Shown one piece after another: positions 1-8,295 of a stretch of DNA of 13,934 nucleotides. The DNA lies in assembly GCF_006345805.1 (NCBI RefSeq), contig NW_021826579.1, positions 1 through 13,934 of the forward strand. Reading direction: 5' to 3'. The notes under the pieces are model-generated. The model ran no database searches and was not told the origin of the DNA. It saw only the letters and a list, made by a program, of their open reading frames with translations. Each line of letters opens with the position of its first letter. Positions within the stretch are counted from its first letter, which is position 1. A program made the translations under genes and the position numbers. This stretch comes from Octopus sinensis. Taxonomy: Eukaryota.

Positions 1-283
1 AGGTTAATATATGTTTCTTTAACCATGTAACATCCATAGACTTACGGCCGTTTCATAAACTTTTTCATGTAGTTTTAATTTCATTGCGTAATTATAATTT
101 TCTGATGACCTGATGAGCTAGCTTTCTTTATTTGCAATTTGTGCATATACTATTGTATTGTATAATGATGAGCGTACATACAAGTATGCTTAATTTCTTC
201 CGTTATGAAATTAATACTGCCTGCAAAAATACCGTGAATCCATGGACGTCACGTGGTTAAATAAATATATATTCAAATCTCAG

Positions 284-435
284 TATGTATGTATGTATGT
301 ATGTATGTATGTATGTATGTATGGATGGATGGATGGATGGATGGGTGCATGCATGAATGCATGTATGCATGCATGCATGCATACATTAATGTAGGTAGGT
401 TGGTGGGTGGGTGGGTAGGTATGTGCATGTATGCA
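284..435. repeat. Compound tetranucleotide microsatellite (TATG)n-(GATG)n-(GCAT)n-(GTAG/GGTG)n
   Basis: Read directly from the sequence. Confidence 0.95.
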
Positions 436-699
436 TCTATGGACACAGCATTTGTTGGTTTATGAAGCTTGAATTACGTGAAATACTGATTAGCGACAGA
501 GAAGACGACTGTGTTCTTACAATAATTTTAAAGTACACCATGGATTGAGTACTTTTGCCTCATTCTTGAATATTCAAACGTACACACACTTTCAAGCTCA
601 CTCATGCACATATATGTGTGTGTGGGTGTTGGTGATTGCGTGTAAGTGTGTGTACAGCTCTTTTCCCGTGTCTTATATTCGCGTGTGTATTATATACAT

Positions 700-950
700 G
701 AAAATGCGCGTGTGTGTGTATTTATATATGTATGCATTGGTATATATATATATATATATATATAAACACATGCATATATATATATATATATATAATATAC
801 ACACATGCATATATATATATTAATATATATATATATATTATATATATATATATATTATATACATACATACATATACATACATTCATAGATAAATAAATAT
901 ATATAAGTACATATGTGCATACACACACACATACACACACACATATACAC
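700..950. repeat. Compound (TG)n/(TA)n/(ACAT)n/(CA)n microsatellite
   Basis: Read directly; explains the YI/CV-repeat ORFs. Confidence 0.95.
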
Positions 951-1185
951 GCTTAGACATACCAACAATCAGCAACAATGTCGGCAATGACAAGAAGAAG
1001 ATAAAGAAAACGACAAAAACAAAAAATAACAATGATAAAACTGGTAAAACAAAACATTAATTAACAGAAAAGTATTTTCTCCACTTCTATAAAAGCTGCA
1101 TGGGTGCTTTGTGATGAAACCAATAGGGATTCTAGCTGTGACCACAGGGATGCAGAAGCGTGTTGAGGGGATAGGAAAGAACACT

Positions 1186-1318
1186 TACATACATACATAC
1201 ATACATACACACATACCACACATACACACATATGTATATGGAATATTGAATATGCATGTATATATGTATATGCATGTATGTCTGTATATAACGTGTGTAT
1301 ATATATATATATATAATA

Positions 1319-1350
<32 letters not shown>
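1186..1350. repeat. (ACAT)n/(TA)n microsatellite ending in a T15 tract
   Basis: Read directly. Confidence 0.95.
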
Positions 1351-1620
1351 CAATTAATATAATTTAGGGTAGCAAAAAATTCAGTAAAAATTTTATCGCT
1401 ACAGCGGCTGGTGGAAAAGAGAAAAAGTCAAAGACTAAATATGTATAAATATAACAATTTAGGAATGGCCTAAACAGGCCATTCGAATGGCCTGTTTAGG
1501 CCATTCCTAAATTGTTATATTTATACATATTTAGTCTTGACTATTTTCTCTTTTCCACCAGGCCGCGGGTAGCGATTAAATTTTTACTGAATTTTTTGCT
1601 ACCTAAATGATTATTAATTG
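1351..1620. repeat. ~270-bp palindrome with no spacer, centred between 1484 and 1485
   Basis: 1431-1538 is a perfect 108-bp palindrome (centre ATTC|GAAT). The outer arms (1351-1430 vs 1539-1620) match with a few substitutions and 1-nt indels. Confidence 0.95.
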
Positions 1621-1770
1621 ATAATTTTCTGATAATTCTGAGATTGAATCGGCAGTTTATATTGCTGCCGATAAGTTTGGCGCGGAATGCGTTGGTCTTG
1701 AAAATTTTAAGACAGATATTCCCGAGGCATTGATACAGTCGCCTCGTTGTATACCCGTCTCTTCCAGGTT

Positions 1771-1870
1771 TCTTTTACTGATGAAGTGTGACCTATGGTA
1801 GACTAGCTTAATTTAATTTAATTAAGCTGGTCTATCATTAAAGACACTGAAACGATGATCGTATAAAAGA
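1771..1870 (+). ncRNA. Type I hammerhead ribozyme, canonical core, extended stem II
   Basis: Stem I TCTTTTA(1771-77)/TAAAAGA(1864-70); CTGATGA 1778-84; stem II AGTGT(1785-89)/ACACT(1844-48) plus a 19-bp extension (1795-1813/1820-1838); GAA 1849-51; stem III ACGAT-G-ATCGT (1852-62); GUA cleavage triplet, predicted cut between 1863 and 1864. Confidence 0.85.
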
Positions 1871-1989
1871 TGAATTAGGGTAAATGTTTTTAAATTTTCA
1901 CCTTATTTCCGAATTACACTACTTGGCGGTTGAGTTCTGGCTGCTCTTCTGGTGGACGAATGGCCTGTTTAGGCCATTCCTAAATTGTT

Positions 1990-2037
1990 ATATATATATA
2001 TAATATAATATATCATATATATATGTATATTATGTAG

Positions 2038-2070
<33 letters not shown>

Positions 2071-2115
2071 TACACACTCACACATACATAGATATACATA
2101 CATATACATACATGC

Positions 2116-2172
<57 letters not shown>
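1990..2172. repeat. (TA)n/(CA)n/(ACAT)n microsatellite
   Basis: Read directly. Confidence 0.95.
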
Positions 2173-2174
<2 letters not shown>

Positions 2175-2253
2175 TTTATGTCCAGTAATTTGAAAAGTTT
2201 AATTTGTACTTTTGTAGAGTACAAATTCCTTGTTCTTAAGTACGAATATTACT

Positions 2254-2299
2254 GGCTGTGACCTAGAAGTTTCAGCTAGATAAGCCATCATCTGACTGC
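2254..2299 (-). ncRNA. Degenerate minimal type I hammerhead motif
   Basis: Minus strand reads GCAGT-CAGATGA-TGGCT TATCT AGCT-GAAAC-TTCTAG-GTC-ACAGC. U4 is replaced by A; stems II and I pair partly. Confidence 0.55.
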
Positions 2300-2303
2300 T
2301 TAT

Positions 2304-2350
2304 TGCAATCCGATGATGGCTTCGCTAACCGAAAGTTCGAAGTCAGCGTC
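2304..2350 (+). ncRNA. Degenerate minimal type I hammerhead motif, inverted partner of 2254-2299
   Basis: TGCAAT-CCGATGA-TGGCT TCGCT AACC-GAAAG-TTCGAA-GTC. Matches the reverse complement of 2259-2299 at 32 of 41 positions. Confidence 0.55.
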
Positions 2351-2374
2351 AAAAATACTCTTGTGTAAGAATAA

Positions 2375-2912
2375 TGTGTAGTGCCAAAGATCCCAGCATC
2401 CCTATCAAAATACAGAACCAGATATTGCAACAGCTTGGGTTTCGAGGATCCACAGCTCTTCAATATCCTTCCAAAATGACTGAGAGACCTGCGTGGTGTG
2501 GATGTAGGTGTTTTCAAAACAAAACTGGATCTCCTCCGGTCAACGGTTCCAGATGAGCCTCCCACGCGTCAGGAAACGCAGATGAGGGCAGCAGCATCAA
2601 ATACCGTCATTCACCAAATTCCACACATCAGAGGAGGTTTGAAATAATCTTTTCTACTATAGGAACAAAGCCTAAAGTTCGGGGAGGGGGCCAGTCGATT
2701 ACATCGACCCCAGTAGTCAACTGGTACATAATTTATCGACCCCTAAAGGATGAAAGACCGAATCTACCTCGGCGGAATTTAAACTCAGAACGTAACGGCG
2801 ACGAAATACTCCTAAGAATTTCGCCCGTCGTGGAGGTTTTACATAATGGCGTAGCACAGTCAACGTTGATACCCCCAGCATGACTGCAGCTTTGAAGCTG
2901 AAGCAATTTAAA
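2375..2912 (+). mobile_element. CR1-like LINE 3' end (ORF2 C-terminus + 3' UTR), interrupted by a SINE
   Basis: 2375-2647 translates as CVVPKIPASLSKYRTRYCNSLGFEDPQLFNILPK*LRDLRGVDVGVFKTKLDLLRSTVPDEPPTRQETQMRAAASNTVIHQIPHIRGGLK*, with an in-frame stop at 2477-79. The FKxKLDxxLxxVPDEP...RAAxSNS tail is CR1-type. The 3' UTR resumes at about 2848-2912. Confidence 0.8.
2649..2831 (-). mobile_element. tRNA-derived SINE, family 1, 5'-truncated
   Basis: Reverse complement aligns with 5806-6016 and 7568-7780 (B-box region, CATCCTTT, GGGGTCGAT x2, tail). Flanked by an imperfect 16-bp direct repeat (2633-48/2832-47). Confidence 0.9.
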
Positions 2913-3153
2913 GATTTGCAACAGCTGGGCTGAAGGACCAGAGAGACGTGCATGGGGTGGATGTAGGTGTCTTCAAAACGAAACTAGATCTCTTAGTGTC
3001 AAGAGTCCCAGGTGAACCAACTTCACAGCAGGAAGTGCAAATGAGGGCAGCGGCGTCAAACTCCCTAATGCACCAAATACCAAATTCCAAAATGAATTAG
3101 TGAAGTAAAAGTTATGTGGCAACGCTAAATGGCGGTTCCCCAGCATGGCCACA
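2911..3153 (+). mobile_element. Second CR1-like LINE 3' end, tandem to the first
   Basis: 2942-3100 translates as RDVHGVDVGVFKTKLDLLVSRVPGEPTSQQEVQMRAAASNSLMHQIPNSKMN*. It has a ~30-bp internal deletion relative to copy 1 and a 3' UTR GGCGGTTCCCCAGCATGGCCACA at 3131-53. Confidence 0.8.
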
Positions 3154-3207
3154 CACACCACATATATATATTATATTATAATATATATATATTATATATA
3201 TATATAA

Positions 3208-3353
3208 GGTTGTGTGATAAGTAGCTGGATTATCAACCACATGATTCCGGGTTCAGTCCCGCTGCGTGCACCGTGGCCAAGGGTCTTCTACTATAGCCTC
3301 TGACCGAGCAAATCCTTGTGAGTGAATTTGGTAGACGGAAACTGAAAGAAGCC

Positions 3354-3356
<3 letters not shown>
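3208..3356 (+). mobile_element. tRNA-derived SINE, family 2, 5' half
   Basis: B-box-like GGTTCAGTCCC at 3250-60; homologous to 3872-4030; ends in (TA)30. Confidence 0.85.

Positions 3357-3416
<60 letters not shown>
3357..3416. repeat. (TA)n, about 30 units
   Basis: Read directly. Confidence 0.97.
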
Positions 3417-3870
<454 letters not shown>

Positions 3871-3871
3871 A

Positions 3872-4271
3872 GGCGCAGGAGTGGCTGTGTGTATTAGCAT
3901 TGCTAACCAACCACATGGGTTGTTTCGGTCCCACACTTGCACCTTCGGCAAGTGACCTTCTGAAATAGCCCCTGGCCGACAATGTCTCGGGTTGATTTGG
4001 TAGACCGATGCTGAAGCAAGCCCGTCAAATACTGAAACAATATAAAAGAGTAAAAAGTTTGTGTGTCTGTGTTTGTGTGTTAGCATTGTGTGACAACCGT
4101 GTGGTGTGTTGTGTCCTGTCCGTAACTAGCAGTTCACAAAGTGACCGATAGATATACTAGCTTAGAAGAATAATTCTCGGGGTCGATTTGTTCGACTAAA
4201 GGCGTTGCTTCAGCATGACCACAGTCAAATGACTGAAACAAGTAAAAGAATAAAAGAATTAAATAAAAGAA
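3872..4271 (+). mobile_element. tRNA-derived SINE, family 2, near full length, with internal (GT)-rich spacer and CR1-like tail
   Basis: Head GGCGCAGGAGTGGCTGTGTG; body homologous to 3208-3356; 3' part GGGGTCGATTTGTTCGACT...CAGCATGACCACAGTCAAATGACTGAAAC followed by (AAAAGAAT)n. Confidence 0.85.
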
Positions 4272-4416
4272 TATACATAAGCATATATACATATATAGAT
4301 ACGCACATACATATATACATACATACTTGCATACACACATACATACATACACACATACATACATATACACATACATACACACATATATGTGTGTGTGCGT
4401 GTGTGTGTGTGTGTAT
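4272..4416. repeat. (ACAT)n/(CA)n/(GT)n microsatellite
   Basis: Read directly. Confidence 0.95.
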
Positions 4417-4506
4417 GTTTATGTTGAGTTATAAACACTTTAACTTCATCGTATAATGCGTGTTTATTAAACTGTTATAAGAAGGGCCCAACAATGTCTT
4501 CGAAGC

Positions 4507-4555
4507 TGCAAGTCCGACGAAGGCTTAGCAGACCTTAACTTCGAAGTCACTTTCA
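4507..4555 (+). ncRNA. Degenerate hammerhead motif, same family as 2254-2350
   Basis: TGCAAGT-CCGACGA-AGGCT TAGC AGACCT-TAAC-TTCGAA-GTC-ACTTTCA. Stem I pairs at 6 of 7 positions, stem III is the palindrome ACTTCGAAGT, and the triplet is GUC. The GAAA motif is damaged. Confidence 0.5.
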
Positions 4556-4595
4556 TCTCTTTTCTTGTAAAAATAAGTATGCCACCGCGCGTGCT

Positions 4596-4608
4596 AGTGC
4601 GTGTGTGC

Positions 4609-4658
<50 letters not shown>

Positions 4659-4692
4659 GTGTGTGTGTGTGTGTAAGTGTGTGTGTGTGTGT

Positions 4693-4739
<47 letters not shown>

Positions 4740-4747
4740 GCGCGCGT
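4596..4747. repeat. (GT)n with 18-bp higher-order AA interruptions, ending in (CG)n
   Basis: AA at 4657, 4675 and 4693; alternating purine-pyrimidine tract. Confidence 0.95.
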
Positions 4748-4971
4748 TTGTTTGTGTGTTTGTGTACGCGTGTAAAAGACAAACTGACTTTACGTAGCAT
4801 TAACGCGATTGCGTTTCTCACATTTAGATTCAATTCGCGACTCCATAACAATCTCCGAAATATGTCATCCATTATATTTTTGTTGTTGATTTGTTGTTTT
4901 CGCATTCTTTTCTTGTGTCTGTATCCTTTCTCTTCCACTCCTCTATTTCATTATCTCACTCCACACTCACA

Positions 4972-5073
<102 letters not shown>

Positions 5074-5289
5074 CTTCTTTTTGTTCTACCTTTTTTACTT
5101 TGCTTTTTGCTCTCTTTTTCTCTCTTCTGTTCTATTTAAAAGGAAATGACAAGCACTTCCGTTGAATACACCGTCTTAGATGTACGAGGACATTTGTAAA
5201 ATCCCAAAAATGTTCTTTCTCGGCTCATCGACGGCAAAAAAACTTTTCGTTCGTCGACCAAGCTGAATGGCAGGCCAAATAAAAACGCG

Positions 5290-5360
5290 AGAGACAGAGA
5301 GTGAGAAAGAGAGGGGGAGAGAGGGAGAAAGGGAGAGAGGAGGGACAGGGAGAGAAAGAA
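5290..5360. repeat. GA-rich polypurine tract
   Basis: Read directly. Confidence 0.85.
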
Positions 5361-5730
5361 ATGAGCGTAAAATACAGAGAAATCATGTGTTGGGTAAAGA
5401 TGGTCTGACTAAAAAGGAAGCTTCTTGTTCTTAAGTTACCATCACAAAGCATGTTGGCTCGAGTTTAAGATATGACGGTCTTGTGTGACTAGACTCTAAG
5501 CAATTAATAGTATTGCTAGCTTTTACCGCTGTATCCATCAATTAGATTTTACATTGAGACTCTAAGAAGCTTATTGTTGTTGTCATGTAGTGAAAAGATT
5601 CTTATTACGGACAGATATCGTTAAATTATCCAGTCTATGATGGCGACTAATCAAATGATGATGGCTGCTGCCATCTAGAAGATGCATTAACCGACAGGAA
5701 TCCTAAGGAACCGTCAACAGAAAATCATTA

Positions 5731-5753
5731 TCACCACCACCACCACCACCACC

Positions 5754-5785
<32 letters not shown>

Positions 5786-5800
5786 TATTATTATTATCAT
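5731..5800. repeat. Graded trinucleotide array (CAC)n-(CAT)n-(TAT)n
   Basis: Read directly. Confidence 0.95.
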
Positions 5801-5805
5801 AACCA

Positions 5806-6016
5806 GCGGTGAATTGGTAGAACCACAAGCGCACCGGGCAAAATGCTTAGCGGCATTTCGCCCGTCTTTGCGTCCAGAGTTCAAATTGGGCCGAGGTCGA
5901 CTTTACCGTTCATCCTTTCGGGGTCCATAAGATAAGTACCATTTATGTACTGGCGTCGATGTAATCTGTTATCCTCTTCCACAGATTGCTGGCATTGTGC
6001 TTACAATAGAAAGAAT
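5806..6016 (+). mobile_element. tRNA-derived SINE, family 1, diverged, with (ATT)n tail
   Basis: Homologous to 7568-7722 and to the reverse complement of 2649-2831; B-box-like GTTCAAAT at 5879. Confidence 0.85.
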
Positions 6017-6097
6017 TATTATTATTATTATCATTATTATTGTTGTTGTTGTTGTTGTTGTTGTTGCTGTTGTTGTTGTTGTTGTTGCTGTTGTTCT
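6015..6097. repeat. (ATT)n-(GTT)n array joining the SINE tail and the R4 tail
   Basis: Read directly. Confidence 0.95.
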
Positions 6098-6099
6098 TG

Positions 6100-6529
6100 T
6101 TTTTTCCTTCTTCAAATTTTCTTCCATTTCTCGCCGAGTGCTTTCCGTACACCTAGGGCAGAGAAGCTCATTGTATGCATTCCCAGATTACACACGCAAA
6201 TTCACAGGTAAAATATGTATTTTAAAAAATTAATAAATAAATAAATTCATGAATGGATGTTGTTTTCACAGCGATAATGCTCTTCTTAGTGCATGAGTCG
6301 GTCTAGTTAACACTTTTTTTTGCACTTCCTCTAGGGATGGTAAACCTGGTATGATTTTCAAATAGGTTTCAGTACCTTATTTTATCACTCGTAGAGAGCC
6401 TACAATCACTGGTACTGTAGTCGCCTTAAGATGCCACATTTTTTCAATTTCTATTAGCAAGTCTTTATATTTACTGATCTTGTCAAATTCTTTCGCCGCT
6501 ATATTGTGATCGCAAGGAATACTCATGTC
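6100..6529 (-). mobile_element. R4/Dong-type non-LTR retrotransposon 3' end (restriction-like endonuclease C-terminus + 3' UTR)
   Basis: Minus 6529-6266 translates as DMSIPCDHNIAAKEFDKISKYKDLLIEIEKMWHLKATTVPVIVGSLRVIK*GTETYLKIIPGLPSLEEVQKKVLTRPTHALRRALSL* (one in-frame stop at 6377-79). This fits the D..P.D.N...KE..K..KY..L..EI..MW....VPV..G RLE pattern. It is followed by a UTR and an (AAC)n/(AAT)n tail. Not in the ORF track. Confidence 0.85.
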
Positions 6530-6536
6530 ACTTTAT

Positions 6537-6833
6537 AAACACACCCATGTTTCCAGAGGTGAATTATTCAAACCCCAAAGAATCCCTTTCAACACATGGC
6601 TATGATGCTTTCCCACTACTTCTGCTCGTGATCAGAGACGCACATATCGTCAGCCACTAATGGACATGCTCAACTGGTTACGGTCAAACAACTGACAAGC
6701 AACTCAGTGGTATTGAGAAGAAAATTTGCTGTAGCCCATCTTTTATACCAAGACAAAACAATATACATGATAACACTTTCAATCAGTTAAGATCAGAAGC
6801 CACGAGAGCCACTGCTTGATACTGCATCAGGGC

Positions 6834-6837
<4 letters not shown>
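6537..6837 (+). mobile_element. ~560-bp (AAT)n-flanked interspersed repeat, copy A (partial)
   Basis: 6542-6748 matches 7247-7459; the whole copy matches the reverse complement of 8296-8592. Strand label is arbitrary. Confidence 0.85.
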
Positions 6838-6877
<40 letters not shown>

Positions 6878-6923
6878 GTATATTATTATTATTATTATTA
6901 TTATTATCATCATTATTTTATTA

Positions 6924-6955
<32 letters not shown>

Positions 6956-6981
6956 TTTATCATTATATTATTATTATTATT
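6837..6981. repeat. (ATT)n array
   Basis: Read directly. Confidence 0.97.
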
Positions 6982-7459
6982 GAGTGAGAGAGCAGTGCAT
7001 GCCACCAAAGTGACACTGGGTAAAATATACGAAGCCCAATATACCCATCATGACTACCCGTCTGATAAAGGTACACACCCAGGCACTTGCATCACATAAC
7101 CATATGTGCGCGACATGGTGATCTCATATCAAGATAACAGCACATTGACCTTGCAGGTGGGGCCCAGTTAGAATTTTCTTCAGGTTGAGTAGCCCATCCC
7201 GCTCAAACGGTCCCTGAATAAGGGTTGTTTAGGATGTTGAAAGAACCACCCATGTTTCCAGAGGTGAATTATTCAAACCCCAAAGAAACCCTCTCAACAC
7301 ATGGCTATGATGCTCCCCACTACTTCTGACTTCTGCTCGTGATCAGAGATGCACATATCGTCAGCCACTAAGGGACATGGTCAACTGGTTAAGGTCAAAC
7401 AACTGACAAGCAAATCTGTGGTATTGAGCAGAATATTTGCTGTAGCCCATCTTTTATAC
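6982..7459 (+). mobile_element. ~560-bp (AAT)n-flanked repeat, copy B (partial)
   Basis: Reverse complement of 8387-8854 with scattered differences; small ACTTCTG duplication near 7322-35. Confidence 0.85.
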
Positions 7460-7567
7460 AAGCATATATGTACACACACAGGACAAGCATATATGTACAC
7501 ACACACATACACACACACACACATATGTATACATATACATATACATATATATATGTATACATATACA

Positions 7568-7780
7568 GCGGCGAGCTGGCAGAAACGTTAGAACGCTGGG
7601 CGAAATGCTTAGCGGTATTTCGTCCGCCGTTACATTCTGAGTTCAAATTCCACCGAGGCCGACTTTGCCTTTCATCCTTTCGGGGTCGATAAAATTAAGT
7701 ACCAGGGGCGATGTAATCGACTTTGTCTGTCCTTGTTTGTCACCTCTATGTTTAGCCCCTTGAGGGCAATAACGAAATAA
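7568..7780 (+). mobile_element. tRNA-derived SINE, family 1, full length
   Basis: A-box-like TGGCAGAAACGTTAG at 7577; B-box-like GTTCAAATTCC at 7641-51; GGGGTCGAT core; 3' tail to about 7780. Confidence 0.9.
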
Positions 7781-7799
7781 TATACAACTATCTGTACCA

Positions 7800-7854
7800 T
7801 GTATGTATCTATATCTATATCTATTATGCACACACCACCACACACAGATATTAT

Positions 7855-7885
<31 letters not shown>

Positions 7886-7940
7886 TATATATATATTATT
7901 TATATATATAGTATTTGTGTGTGTGTATGTACGTATGTAT
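7800..7940. repeat. Mixed (TA)n/(CA)n/(TG)n microsatellite
   Basis: Read directly. Confidence 0.9.
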
Positions 7941-8295
7941 GCATGGCTGTATAATGAAAATGGTGACAGAAGGACGACAAAGAAATTTATCGGAGAAAAC
8001 CAGCACAAACAGGCAGAAATATGTACTAAAAAGAAAATATGAAACAATTAATTTCTAATTTAGATCAGGGTTTTAATATTTAATGAATATTAACATTGAA
8101 ATTGTGAACCATAAAATCTATTCATTGTTCTATAAACTAAGATTAAATTAAATTTTACAAATTCACTCCATCGGCAAAAACCATCAAACTTATTGGAAGG
8201 TAATAAAGAAAGATATAATAACAACAACAACACACAATAATATATATATAATAATAATAATATAAATAATAATAATACTAATAATAATAAATAAT

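Larger units (their letters stand above)
1351..1993 (+). mobile_element. Non-autonomous Penelope-like/retrozyme-like element: inverted arm + ~473-bp HHR-containing unit + 37-bp terminal direct repeat, between (TA)n arrays
   Basis: 1484-1520 is identical to 1957-1993 (CGAATGGCCTGTTTAGGCCATTCCTAAATTGTTATAT). Fold-back at 1351-1620, HHR at 1771-1870, TA repeats on both flanks. No RT or endonuclease ORF. Confidence 0.65.

Noticed and set aside
36-120. Minus-strand GAAAC-GGCC-GTA, and plus-strand CTGATGA at 102 and 110
   Set aside because: No matching core and stems on the same strand, so no hammerhead can be completed. A C/D-box snoRNA layout is also missing.
243-258. Overlapping CRE-like and E-box motif GACGTCACGTG
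   Set aside because: Short motif expected by chance; no promoter context.
404-420. (GGGT)n possible G-quadruplex
   Set aside because: Only three G3 runs; part of a microsatellite.
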